Part shown: positions 1-9,541 of the stretch, one piece after another
Layout: every line of letters begins with the position of its first letter
How positions within the stretch are numbered: the stretch's first letter is position 1
Origin: Bacilli bacterium
Lineage (GTDB): Bacteria; Bacillota_I; Bacilli_A; RFN20; CAG-826
DNA: 64,000 nt
Reading direction: 5' to 3'
Assembly (NCBI GenBank): GCA_017450325.1
Contig: JAFSVB010000087.1
Span: 8,407-72,406 of the forward strand
Made by a program: the position numbers and the translations under genes
Notes under the pieces: generated by a model
The model's input: the letters and a program-made list of their open reading frames with translations, nothing else
Database searches by the model: none
What the model was told of the DNA's origin: nothing

Positions 1-2965
1 GGGCCTTACCGCCCACCAAGCGGTCCTATGCGACACCGTCTATGCGGATGCTCTTCGTACCTACTTCTATAACGACGCTTCTCCGAAGGACATCGCCCAC
101 GCGACCGACTATGGAACCGCGGCGACGAAGAACGAAAAAATCTATGATAAAATCGCCTATACCATCGGCGAGAAAATCCCTGCTCTTTCGGGTGGCCTAA
201 ATGCTGCAATTGCCAATTATCTCGGCAAATCCACGCCGCTTTTCCTCTCGTGGCAAGAATGCCTCCACGACATGAAGAGCCCAACTTACTCCGAATTCAT
301 CGCTCAGACCAAGGGCGTGAACGACCTCACGGGCGATGAGATGAAAGGCTTGCTCCATACCTTAAACGATTGCGTCTTCTATCGCGACATCGTCCCCAAC
401 GCCCTCTATAACGCCCTCATTGAGGACTGCCCGTTCTCCGACGTCGGCGTCGACTTTGAGTCCAGCGATATCTACTTCTCCTATTATTATCATGACGGCC
501 ATCATGGCTCTTCCTTCTCGAGCCGCCAGGCGGAAGCCGACTTCGACATGCCGTTCTACGACGACGAAATCGACGTCATTGGCGACATCTACGATGACTT
601 TAACAACAACAAAGACCTCTTCCGCGACATCCCGATGAACGATCCGACCCTCGCTCCTGCGCTGCGCCAGACGCTGCTTGACATGCAAAGCTCCTACGTC
701 TTCCATAACGCTCGCAAGGATGACCGCCGCCCCGAAGTAACGATCACCTCTACGGACCAGACCTTCGACGAGCTCACTGTCTTCGAGCAATTCATCTACA
801 AGTTCCTCCACGACACCACGCTCCATAATTCCAACTATTCCGCTTCGAGGGACTATCTCTTCGGCCTCCAGCATCCTGGCTTTGGAGCGGAGTACAAACT
901 CCGTGATGGCATCCTTAACCTCACCATAGCCTCGAATGCTTGGGTCCCTGAAATCAACGCCTTGACTACGGATAATGACAGCACCCACTTGGGTACCGAT
1001 GCGGATCCCGTCATCGGTATCATCGCGGCTGGGCAGCGTTCCGGCATCTTCGATGACAGTTCTTCCGTCAGCGTCGACTTCACCGCCTTGAAGAAGATCG
1101 CCCCCGCGAAGATCAAGTCGCTCCTTTACTCCATCAACTTCTCGAGTCTCCTAAGCGACGTCCTCCCCAATAGCGTCGGCGACCTCCTTGGTGACGATGG
1201 CACTTCGGGCATGGGCCTCAATAAGTTCTCGACCCTCTCGCGCGTCCTCGATGCGCCTGCCGTCGGCGATGATTACGATGGCACCCGCGTCATCGCGGTC
1301 AATTCCACGACCTTGCCGTGGATTTACGAACGTAGTCTCGACGCCTATAGCAACCCCGTCTATGGTGAGTTCCATGGCTTGACCTCCATCAGCTTCGCCG
1401 TCGCGAGCAACCCCGAAGGTCATTACACCGTCCGTGACAGCGCGAATAATGACGTCACCAGTGTCTTCCCGCTAACTTATGCAGCGGGTGAGGCGACCCT
1501 CGCGGCCAAGGGCTTCCCGGGCGAGTTCGTCGTAACCCTTGACGTAGGCTATGAAATCGATGGCCCCGTCACCTTCTCCTATGACCTTGCGGACTATCAC
1601 ATCGGGCAGGATGGCTACCGCAACACGGGCATCCGTGGCATGGGCTATCTGCTCTCCTCGGCTTTCCGTGGCAAAGACTATGCGGAGTCTGGCGGCTCGT
1701 ACTTCTCCTTCAAGGAGTCGGGCGACGACTCGTTGCAGAGCTTCCTCACCGAGCACACGATTGTCTCCCCGAAGAAGTCCGATTACGCCCACTCTACTTA
1801 CGGCTTATTAAGCCTCTTCGGCGACTCTGGATTCTATGGTTCCATAATGGACGCTAACGGTGATTTCATCGCGGACTCCGCCCTCGATCCGGAATTCTAT
1901 TCCGCCGGCGCCTATTCCTTCTACAAAGCCCTCAACTTCGAAGTCGAGGCCCCCGTCGAAGTCGAATTCGATATCGCCGCGCAACATATCACCTTCAGTC
2001 CTTCCGCGACGATCTCCATCGGCAAATACATCGGCGATGGCGATACGGATGAGTCCCATATGCACGCCATTACGTCGCTATTTGGGTCCTACTCGCTTGA
2101 CCATTATGAGGATTATGCGCGTGAAGCTGGTTGGTTCGACCGCTTCGCTACCTCCGTTGGTACCTTGGACGTCTATAACGACTATATCCTCCGCGCGACG
2201 ACCGTCGATGAACTCGAAGGCCCGGGCGGTACGTCCGTCGACATCTCCGGCATGCCGGTTGCCCGCATCACCCTCACTTCCAATATCGATAAAGCTTTCG
2301 CTGGCTCAAGCGAGGCTATCTCCTCCATGTCGACGGCTCTGCGCTCGCTCAAATACGACCTCGACCTCGTCATCCCACACGACGACGATACCGGCGATGC
2401 CTTGCATCCCGTCGACGTCGAAACCTACAATCTGCCCGCCACGGTCAGCGACTATGCGCGTCAAATCCTCCGCGGGCTCGTCCATGGTCTCGACCTTGGC
2501 AAGAGCAACACGGTCAACATCGATTACGCCATGCCCACTATGAGCGGCAGTACCCTCAAGTCGACCCGCATCGCTGAGCCCACCGTCCTTGATGACCTCA
2601 GCGTCTATACGCCGACGAGTCTCGATGATGAGACAGCAATCGCGGCGAAAGACGCAGCCTTCGACAACTATCTCCGCACCGCAAGTGGCCTCTTCCCAAT
2701 GATGGAAGAACTATACAAAGACACCATGGACGATGCCTCTAAGGCCCATGTACGCGATGGCTTCCTCTCTTTGGATGGCAATACGTCTAAGATCGTCGGC
2801 TTCTTCTACGTCGGCTCTCTCTATGATCGCATGCTGGCCAAGGGCTTCTTCGGCTATGACGGCCTCCTCCGTGTGACCGACTTCCCATCCTTGATCGCCA
2901 ATGGCAAAATCGCGGACGCCGATACGCCCTTCAGCTATGGCGCAATCGCTCAGACGATCGTATGA
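1..2965 (+). CDS. Large acidic hypothetical protein, 5'-partial: the reading frame is open from the window edge, so more than 988 aa. Rich in D/S/T/G/Y, possibly secreted or surface. The ATG at 272 is probably internal.
   Basis: The frame of the 272..2965 ORF has no stop back to nt 2. No family motif recognised. Its stop overlaps the yigZ start (ATGA). Confidence 0.55.
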   Translation, partial: GLTAHQAVLCDTVYADALRTYFYNDASPKDIAHATDYGTAATKNEKIYDKIAYTIGEKIPALSGGLNAAIANYLGKSTPLFLSWQECLHDMKSPTYSEFIAQTKGVNDLTGDEMKGLLHTLNDCVFYRDIVPNALYNALIEDCPFSDVGVDFESSDIYFSYYYHDGHHGSSFSSRQAEADFDMPFYDDEIDVIGDIYDDFNNNKDLFRDIPMNDPTLAPALRQTLLDMQSSYVFHNARKDDRRPEVTITSTDQTFDELTVFEQFIYKFLHDTTLHNSNYSASRDYLFGLQHPGFGAEYKLRDGILNLTIASNAWVPEINALTTDNDSTHLGTDADPVIGIIAAGQRSGIFDDSSSVSVDFTALKKIAPAKIKSLLYSINFSSLLSDVLPNSVGDLLGDDGTSGMGLNKFSTLSRVLDAPAVGDDYDGTRVIAVNSTTLPWIYERSLDAYSNPVYGEFHGLTSISFAVASNPEGHYTVRDSANNDVTSVFPLTYAAGEATLAAKGFPGEFVVTLDVGYEIDGPVTFSYDLADYHIGQDGYRNTGIRGMGYLLSSAFRGKDYAESGGSYFSFKESGDDSLQSFLTEHTIVSPKKSDYAHSTYGLLSLFGDSGFYGSIMDANGDFIADSALDPEFYSAGAYSFYKALNFEVEAPVEVEFDIAAQHITFSPSATISIGKYIGDGDTDESHMHAITSLFGSYSLDHYEDYAREAGWFDRFATSVGTLDVYNDYILRATTVDELEGPGGTSVDISGMPVARITLTSNIDKAFAGSSEAISSMSTALRSLKYDLDLVIPHDDDTGDALHPVDVETYNLPATVSDYARQILRGLVHGLDLGKSNTVNIDYAMPTMSGSTLKSTRIAEPTVLDDLSVYTPTSLDDETAIAAKDAAFDNYLRTASGLFPMMEELYKDTMDDASKAHVRDGFLSLDGNTSKIVGFFYVGSLYDRMLAKGFFGYDGLLRVTDFPSLIANGKIADADTPFSYGAIAQTIV

Positions 2966-3567
2966 GAAAAGTCCCCTTGAGTCCTAGCCAAGGCGAGGAA
3001 AAAGACCTCGCCTCGGCTTTCCTCGCGACGTTATACCCCTTGTCGAGCCCCGAGGACTTCAAGGTCCTTTATGAAGCGTTTAAAAAGGAACACCCGCGCG
3101 CGGACCATTATCCATACGCCTATGTCTTAAATGGGCTTTCTAAGTCCAGCGACGATGGCGAGCCTGGAGGTTCCGCGGGTAGGCCGATGATGACGTTGCT
3201 CCAAGATAGTGAAATCGATGGGTTACTCATCGTCGCCCGATACTTCGGTGGCTCCAAACTCGGCATCCCACGCCTTCGCCGCGCATTCCTGGCCTCGAGC
3301 GAGCAGGCGATCAAAAACGCTCGTTTTGGCGCCTATCAGCCGAGGTTCGTCTATCATGTAGACGTGGACTACCCGACGTACGAAATCCTAAAAAACAATG
3401 CAAAACGTTGTTCCTTTTCGATTGAAAACGTGCAATTCGGCATAAAAGTGCGCGCCGATATCCGCAGTAGTGGTAGACTAGACGGGCTCGGCGAGGCAAT
3501 CGGCCTTTATAGCCTCGGCCTCGGCGAACCAGAAATCCAGACAATCTTAGAGGAGGTATCGTCATGA
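2962..3567 (+). CDS. yigZ: YigZ / IMPACT family protein (UPF0029)
   Basis: Motifs YVLNG...SDDGEPGGSAG...LLIVARYFGGSKLGIPRL are typical of the YigZ N-domain. ATGA overlaps with both neighbours. Confidence 0.7.
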   Translation: MRKVPLSPSQGEEKDLASAFLATLYPLSSPEDFKVLYEAFKKEHPRADHYPYAYVLNGLSKSSDDGEPGGSAGRPMMTLLQDSEIDGLLIVARYFGGSKLGIPRLRRAFLASSEQAIKNARFGAYQPRFVYHVDVDYPTYEILKNNAKRCSFSIENVQFGIKVRADIRSSGRLDGLGEAIGLYSLGLGEPEIQTILEEVSS

Positions 3568-4832
3568 TCCCTGTAATTGAATATCAAAACCGCCGCGCTT
3601 CCTTCTTCTCGAAAATGAAGGACCATAGCGCCGCCATCTTGTTCTCTGGCGTCGCGAAGAAGTGCTCCGCCGATGAGAACTATCCCTTCGAGGTAAACCG
3701 CAATTTCTTCTACCTGACGGGCATCAATCAGGAGGACTCCATCCTCTTGCTCATCAAAAGCGATGGCGAGGAGCGCGAATACCTTTTGATTTCGCCTTTC
3801 GACCCCGTCAAGGAAAAATGGTACGGCAAAAGGCTAACCACCCAGGAAGCTACCCAGTATTCCGGCATCCGCAACGTGTTGCTCAATAGCGCCCTCTCCT
3901 CCCGCGTTGAATCCGTCATCACCGGATCCTACTCGGATTTCCCAGCCATCCACACCATCTATCTCGACCTTGAAAAAGAACAGAAAGTGGCCGAAGACAC
4001 CGATATCGAGGACTATAAGCGTTCCTTAGGCGTCCTAGCGGCGAACCTCGAGGTCGTTGACGCCTATCCGCTTATTGTCGCTCAGCGCATGGTGAAATCA
4101 GAGAACGAAGTCAACGAACTCCGCGTCGCGATCGAAGCCACCAAAGTCGGCATCGCCTCCGCGATGGCCAAGATCCGCCCGGGCGTCTACGAATACGAGG
4201 TGGCGGATGAGTTCCATCGCGTCATCAACGACTGCTCTGGCTATCAAGGAACGGCCTTCCCGACCATTCTCGCTTCGGGCGTCCACGCGACATGCCTCCA
4301 TTATCCGACCCCGTTTGCCCGCATCGAGCCCGGCAACCTCGTCTTGATGGATCTCGGGTCGCGTCATGGGTTCTATTGCGCGGACGTTTCGCGCACCGTC
4401 CCGGCCGATGGCGTCTTCACGACGCTGCAGCGTACCATCTATTCCATCGTCCTTGGTGCGAATAAGGCCGTCGCGAACTTCGCCCGCCCCGGCCGCACCA
4501 TCAAGGAACTGCAATCCTTCACCATCGAGTATCTCGCCTCCGAATGCCTTACGCATCGCCTCATCCAGGATAAAGAAGAGATCAAAAACTACTATTTCCA
4601 TGGCGTTTCCCACCATATCGGTTTGGATACACATGACCCGGGAAACCGCGATTTGCCTCTAGTCGCGGGCAACGTCATCTCCAACGAGCCGGGGCTTTAT
4701 TTCAAGGAACTAGGCATCGGCGTGCGCATCGAGGACGATCTCCTCATCACCGAAGATGGCTGCGAGGTGCTCACCAAAGACATCATGAAGGAAGTCGAGG
4801 ATATCGAAGCCTTCTATAAACAGCGTCATTGA
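3564..4832 (+). CDS. pepP: Xaa-Pro aminopeptidase / prolidase (M24B)
   Basis: M24B metal-ligand motifs HGVSHHIGLDTHD, ISNEPGLY and GVRIEDDLLIT, plus the N-terminal creatinase-like domain. Confidence 0.85.
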   Translation: MIPVIEYQNRRASFFSKMKDHSAAILFSGVAKKCSADENYPFEVNRNFFYLTGINQEDSILLLIKSDGEEREYLLISPFDPVKEKWYGKRLTTQEATQYSGIRNVLLNSALSSRVESVITGSYSDFPAIHTIYLDLEKEQKVAEDTDIEDYKRSLGVLAANLEVVDAYPLIVAQRMVKSENEVNELRVAIEATKVGIASAMAKIRPGVYEYEVADEFHRVINDCSGYQGTAFPTILASGVHATCLHYPTPFARIEPGNLVLMDLGSRHGFYCADVSRTVPADGVFTTLQRTIYSIVLGANKAVANFARPGRTIKELQSFTIEYLASECLTHRLIQDKEEIKNYYFHGVSHHIGLDTHDPGNRDLPLVAGNVISNEPGLYFKELGIGVRIEDDLLITEDGCEVLTKDIMKEVEDIEAFYKQRH

Positions 4833-4860
4833 TCATCGGCGATTTTTATCAAGGAAGCAG

Positions 4861-4893
4861 GAAGCCGGGGTTTCGATTTGACCCTGGCTTCTT
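4861..4893 (+). terminator. Putative hairpin after pepP (GAAGCCGGGG-N11-CCCTGGCTTC) followed by TTTAT
   Basis: 10-bp stem with one G·U pair and a short T tract. It overlaps a possible TATAAT for glpK. Confidence 0.4.
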
Positions 4894-4908
4894 TATAATA
4901 AGGAACAT

Positions 4909-6396
4909 ATGAAGAAGTACATCTTGGCCATCGACCAAGGCACGACCTCGACGCGTGCCATTTTAATCGACGCGAAAGGGAACGCTGCATTCAAGGCCCA
5001 GCGTCCCGTCGATTGGTTGTTCCCCCAACCCGGTTGGGTGGAAGTGGATGCGGACCGCATTTGGATTTCCGTCATCGACGTCATCAACGAATTGCTCGTC
5101 GTCTCGGGTGCGACGATGGATGACGTGGCCGCGATCGGCATCACCAATCAGCGTGAGACGACGGTCGTTTGGGAAAAGAGCACAGGTAAGGCGGTGTGCA
5201 ACGCCATCGTCTGGCAATCCAAGCAGACGCAGGACCTCTGCGATGCGCGCATGGATAAGATGGAATTCATCCAAGCGCGCACGGGCTTGCGCATGAACCC
5301 TTATTTCTCGGCATCTAAGATCCGCTATATTCTCGACCATATTCCCCATGGCCAAAGCAGGGCCGAAAAGGGCGAGCTGCTCTTTGGCACGATCGATTCG
5401 TGGCTCATCTATAAGCTAACGAAAGGGGAGACGCACGCGACCGATGTCTCCAACGCCTCACGCACGATGCTCTTCAATATCTTCACCATGTCCTACGATC
5501 CCGACCTCGCCGCGATTTGGAACATCCCGCTTTGCATGTTACCGGAGGTGCGCGACAATTCCGCCGACTATGGCGAAGCGACGTTCTTCGCCGGTGGCGT
5601 TCACATCTATGGCGTCGCAGGCGACCAACAGGCGGCGCTATTCGGCCAATGCTGCTTCCGCCAAGGTGAATCTAAGAATACTTACGGAACGGGCTGCTTT
5701 ATGCTGATGAACATCGGTTCGAAGCCGATTCTTTCCAAAGCGGGCCTATTGACCACGGTGGCTTGGCGCGAGAATGGGGTGACCACCTATGCCCTAGAAG
5801 GCTCCGTCTTCATCGGCGGGGCGATCGTGCAGTGGCTTCGCGACCAGACGCGCTGGTTCGAGGATTCCCCCGATTCCGAATACTATGCCTCGAAAGTCAA
5901 AGACACCGCGGGCGTCTATTTCGTCCCGGCCTTCGTCGGCTTAGGCACTCCTTGGTGGGACGATGAATGCCGTGGGGCGATCTTCGGACTCACCCGTGGG
6001 GCGGAGCGTCACCATATCACCCGCGCGGGCCTAGAGTCGGTCGCCGACCAGTCCAAGGACGTCATCGAGGCGATGAAGAAAGAAGCAGGGCTCTCCCTCC
6101 CCTCCCTCCGCGTCGATGGAGGCGCTTCGGGCAACGCGTTATTGATGCAATTCCAAGCCGATATACTCCAATGCGAAGTCCATCTTCCCGCATGCCTAGA
6201 GACGACCGCTTTGGGCGCGGGCTATTTCGCGGGGCTAGGATGCGGTTTCTGGAAAGACAAGAAATCGATTCTCGCCTGCCACAAGATTCAGAAAGTCTAT
6301 AAGCCGAAGATGAGCAAGGCCCAATGCGCCGAGCTCTACGATGGCTGGCTATGCGCCGTCGCGGCCGCGCGCTTCTTCAAGCCGAGGAAAGGATAA
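4909..6396 (+). CDS. glpK: Glycerol kinase
   Basis: N-terminus MKKYILAIDQGTTSTRAIL with full-length FGGY kinase similarity. The ETHATDVSNASRT segment keeps the His that is the HPr-phosphorylation site in Firmicutes. Confidence 0.95.
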   Translation: MKKYILAIDQGTTSTRAILIDAKGNAAFKAQRPVDWLFPQPGWVEVDADRIWISVIDVINELLVVSGATMDDVAAIGITNQRETTVVWEKSTGKAVCNAIVWQSKQTQDLCDARMDKMEFIQARTGLRMNPYFSASKIRYILDHIPHGQSRAEKGELLFGTIDSWLIYKLTKGETHATDVSNASRTMLFNIFTMSYDPDLAAIWNIPLCMLPEVRDNSADYGEATFFAGGVHIYGVAGDQQAALFGQCCFRQGESKNTYGTGCFMLMNIGSKPILSKAGLLTTVAWRENGVTTYALEGSVFIGGAIVQWLRDQTRWFEDSPDSEYYASKVKDTAGVYFVPAFVGLGTPWWDDECRGAIFGLTRGAERHHITRAGLESVADQSKDVIEAMKKEAGLSLPSLRVDGGASGNALLMQFQADILQCEVHLPACLETTALGAGYFAGLGCGFWKDKKSILACHKIQKVYKPKMSKAQCAELYDGWLCAVAAARFFKPRKG

Positions 6397-6397
6397 T

Positions 6398-7216
6398 ATG
6401 GACCGCTCCCATTATTACGATGGGACGATTCTCTTCGCGCCCAAAAGCGAGGAAAGCTATTTCTCCGCCTATCGGGCGCGCTTTCCGCATGAAGCCTTCA
6501 CGGTCTATAGCCTTGAGGAGCTCTGCGACTTATTCCGATATCACGTTCAAGCTGGCGCGGTGGATTTCGTCGTGCAAAAAGGGTATTCCAAGCCGGAAGC
6601 ATCCATGCTTTTGCCCTTGCTTCGCTCGATGACAGGGAAGTCCTATAAAAGCGCATCCTTGCAGAAATTGCTCCCGTTACGCGACGAACTTCTCCAAGGC
6701 GGATATTTTCAAATTCAAGGGGATCCTGCGGGGATTTTTAGGGGTAAAACGATGATTATCCGCGGTTATTATTCCGGGAAATACATCTCCGAAACCATCC
6801 AAGACCTTCCTAATATCTGCCTAAACTGGGACCTAGAACGCCCCATGCTCCGTAAGCAACCGTTACCGATATTGGAAGTGTCCAACCGCGAGGAGGCCAT
6901 GAGCGTCCTCCAGCAAAAAATCAAGGAGTTGGCCGCGGCAGGGGAGCACGTCGCTTTGCGTTACGATGGCGATGAGCCTTTGCCAAAAGAACTTTCGTCC
7001 ATCCCCGTTTTCCAAGGCCCATACCCGCCTTATGGCTATAGAGTCGTTTCTCTGGAGAGTAAGAAGCGAAACGTTCTTATGCCAGACCTCTTCGATGCCT
7101 TCGCCATGGCCGAGCTCCATCTGCCTTCGTCCGCGGAGCGCTTGCAGCGGGAAGCTTATGACGAAGATTGTTTCTCGCGCCATCCCTATTTGTGCGCCCG
7201 TGTCTATGAAAAATAG
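6398..7216 (+). CDS. Hypothetical protein (272 aa) translationally coupled to glpK
   Basis: RBS AGGAAAGG lies 6 nt upstream of the ATG at 6398. The ORF-track start at 6341 overlaps glpK and is probably spurious. No recognised motif. Confidence 0.5.
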   Translation: MDRSHYYDGTILFAPKSEESYFSAYRARFPHEAFTVYSLEELCDLFRYHVQAGAVDFVVQKGYSKPEASMLLPLLRSMTGKSYKSASLQKLLPLRDELLQGGYFQIQGDPAGIFRGKTMIIRGYYSGKYISETIQDLPNICLNWDLERPMLRKQPLPILEVSNREEAMSVLQQKIKELAAAGEHVALRYDGDEPLPKELSSIPVFQGPYPPYGYRVVSLESKKRNVLMPDLFDAFAMAELHLPSSAERLQREAYDEDCFSRHPYLCARVYEK

Positions 7217-7238
7217 GCAGATGTAGTATGATGAGGAC

Positions 7239-8372
7239 ATGGACGACAAGCAGCGTTTCTTTCAGCTTCTCAAATCCGTCGGGTTTCCCGAGCATTTTGA
7301 TTGGGAATTCCTTTACCGTGCCTTTAGTCTCGCTCGCGAGGGCGCCGATAGCGTAGGCGAATTCGCCCCAGGCCTTGGCCCGATTGCCGTAAACCCCGTA
7401 TCGCTCGCCTTATATTTGCTCAACGAACATAGTTTCTATATCGCGACCCATACCGATAAGACCGAAGCGGATCTCGCTAAGGACGAGAACTATCTTTCCT
7501 TCCTCGCCTCCGTCGCGCTCGATAAATACTGCACGAATGAGCATCTCGCTTTCCAAAATGGCAAGCTGACGTCCCGCTATTCCCCGTTTATGTCGACGAT
7601 TGAGCTCTATCTGAACTTCATCCTCGGCATGTTGTCCCGCTATAAGAAAAACGAGCCCCAGCAGACCCTGATCGTCGACATCATGAGCAAGGGCTTCTCC
7701 ATCGCCAAATGCGTCGCCTCGCTTCTTGAGGGTGGATTTGAAACGGAAGCCTTTTCCTCTTGGAGGACGCTGCACGAGAACGAATGCATCTTGCAGGTCC
7801 TCGTCAAAAATGGCCGTCCCGCGATCGAGGCCTACCTTCGCCACATGAAATACGCCGCCGCCTTCCGTGGCGCCCTAGAATCCACCGAGGCCACCGACGA
7901 AGTGTTCTTGGAGATCAAGGCGAACATGAAAGCGGTGGGGCTGAAGTCCAAGGACATGAAGCGCTACATCGAATACGGCTGGCTCTTAGCTCTGCCCAAT
8001 ATCGACGACCCCATGGCGGTCAAACTCAATTTCCGCGATGGCGTACAGTCCTTCGCCGGGCTTGCGAACTACTCGAAGGTCTATGAGATGTCCTCCGAGA
8101 TCGCCCATAGTTCGCCCTTGCTTATTTATTCACGCAAGAACTATGTCTTCCACATTGCCTTGCTGAATCTATACGAATCCTTCTTCCGCCTGGAGAAGAT
8201 CTTCACCTCCATCTACATGTCGACCATTTCCGATGAGGAAAAGCAGCGGTATGTCCAGATGAGGAACCTCTATTATTGGGAGCTTCACGCCGCCTATAAC
8301 GAGATACGCCGATCCTTCTCCAAATTCACGTCGACTGCAAAAAACGAAAACGAGGACCCCACGATTAACTAA
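7239..8372 (+). CDS. Hypothetical alpha-helical protein (377 aa)
   Basis: Long ORF 22 nt after the previous gene and 2 nt before the next. No recognised motif. Confidence 0.5.
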   Translation: MDDKQRFFQLLKSVGFPEHFDWEFLYRAFSLAREGADSVGEFAPGLGPIAVNPVSLALYLLNEHSFYIATHTDKTEADLAKDENYLSFLASVALDKYCTNEHLAFQNGKLTSRYSPFMSTIELYLNFILGMLSRYKKNEPQQTLIVDIMSKGFSIAKCVASLLEGGFETEAFSSWRTLHENECILQVLVKNGRPAIEAYLRHMKYAAAFRGALESTEATDEVFLEIKANMKAVGLKSKDMKRYIEYGWLLALPNIDDPMAVKLNFRDGVQSFAGLANYSKVYEMSSEIAHSSPLLIYSRKNYVFHIALLNLYESFFRLEKIFTSIYMSTISDEEKQRYVQMRNLYYWELHAAYNEIRRSFSKFTSTAKNENEDPTIN

Positions 8373-8374
8373 CC

Positions 8375-9541
8375 ATGAAAACCCAGCAAGACAACAACTC
8401 TCTGACCATCTTCCTCGAGGGGAAGATCGATTCGACCAACGCCTTAGCCTACGAAGAGGAAATCTCCGCTCATCTCGCCCCATTCCATGGTGAGAAGATC
8501 TATCTTTCCTGCGAGAAGCTCGAATACGTCACCAGCGCGGGTCTTCGCATCTTCCTCGGCCTATGGAAAAAGCACCCAAATCTCAGCATCGTCGAGGTCG
8601 TCCCCGCCGTTTACGAGATTTTCGAGATGACGGGGTTCACCCGCATGCTCGATATCCATAAAGCGCTTCGCCGCATCGACATCACGGGCGCTTCCGTCAT
8701 CGGGGAAGGCTTTACCGCGACCGTCTACCGCATCGATGCCGACACCATCGTCAAGGTGTTCAAGGGCGCGCGCTCCATGGATAAGATCCAAGCCGAAATC
8801 GACGCGGCCAAACAAGCCTTCATCTATGGCATCCCAACCGCCATATCCTTCGACATCGTCCGCGTCGGGGACCATCTTGGCGTCGTCTTCGAGATGCTCG
8901 ATTGCGCTTCGTTACGCGACCTCATCCTCCAAAACCCCGACAAATTCGACGAATACAAGAAGATGTACGCCGACCTCTCCTATAAGATCACCCATACCGA
9001 GGCGGCGGATTCGGGCCTAGCCGAATGCAAGCAACCTCTCATGGAGAAGCTCTCCATCCTCTCCACCGTCCTCACCGAGGCCGAATACACCAAACTCATG
9101 GGCATGATCGACGCCCTTCCCAATAAGACCACCCTCACCCATGGGGATTTCCACATCAAGAACATCCTCGTCCAAAACGGTGAGCCCATCCTTATCGACA
9201 TGGACGCGGTGAGCCTTGGCCATCCGATCTTCGAACTCGAGGGCATCTACCTCTCCGCGAAGGCCTATAACCAAGCCGAACCCGATAACGCCTCCAAGTT
9301 CTTCGGGGTGAGCCAACAAGTCATCGACGACCTTTATGACGCCCTTCTCGCCCGGTACTTCCCAGACAAAAAGGAGGAGGATTTGCAGCGGATTTGCGAC
9401 AAAATCGCCTTGCTAAGCACCGCTCACCTCGCCTATCAGACCATCCATTATAAGCGCGATGTGAATGGCCGACTCGAAAAAGCCCTCGCGACCTTGCGCG
9501 ACCTGCTCAACCGTTATGACGACTTAGAGATCCTCGATTAG
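8375..9541 (+). CDS. STAS (anti-sigma-factor-antagonist-like) domain fused to a protein-kinase-like (APH/ChoK/eukaryotic-like) phosphotransferase domain
   Basis: The N-terminal ~100 aa resemble SpoIIAA/RsbV and keep the phosphorylatable-Ser region (YVTSAGLRIF). The C-terminal domain has a Gly-rich loop (IGEGFTATVY), an Ala-Xaa-Lys-type Lys (IVKVFK), a Brenner motif (HGDFHIKNILV) and an IDMD motif. Confidence 0.6.
   Translation: MKTQQDNNSLTIFLEGKIDSTNALAYEEEISAHLAPFHGEKIYLSCEKLEYVTSAGLRIFLGLWKKHPNLSIVEVVPAVYEIFEMTGFTRMLDIHKALRRIDITGASVIGEGFTATVYRIDADTIVKVFKGARSMDKIQAEIDAAKQAFIYGIPTAISFDIVRVGDHLGVVFEMLDCASLRDLILQNPDKFDEYKKMYADLSYKITHTEAADSGLAECKQPLMEKLSILSTVLTEAEYTKLMGMIDALPNKTTLTHGDFHIKNILVQNGEPILIDMDAVSLGHPIFELEGIYLSAKAYNQAEPDNASKFFGVSQQVIDDLYDALLARYFPDKKEEDLQRICDKIALLSTAHLAYQTIHYKRDVNGRLEKALATLRDLLNRYDDLEILD

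Noticed and set aside
6341-6396. ORF-track N-terminal extensions at 6341, 9538-10269, 23437-25083, 24976, 28243, 31560, 32300, 33905-34225, 38216, 41517, 45250, 53866, 55521-56147, 59118 and 59846
   Set aside because: The extensions overlap upstream genes or lack an RBS. An internal Met with a proper RBS and family-typical N-terminus was chosen instead.
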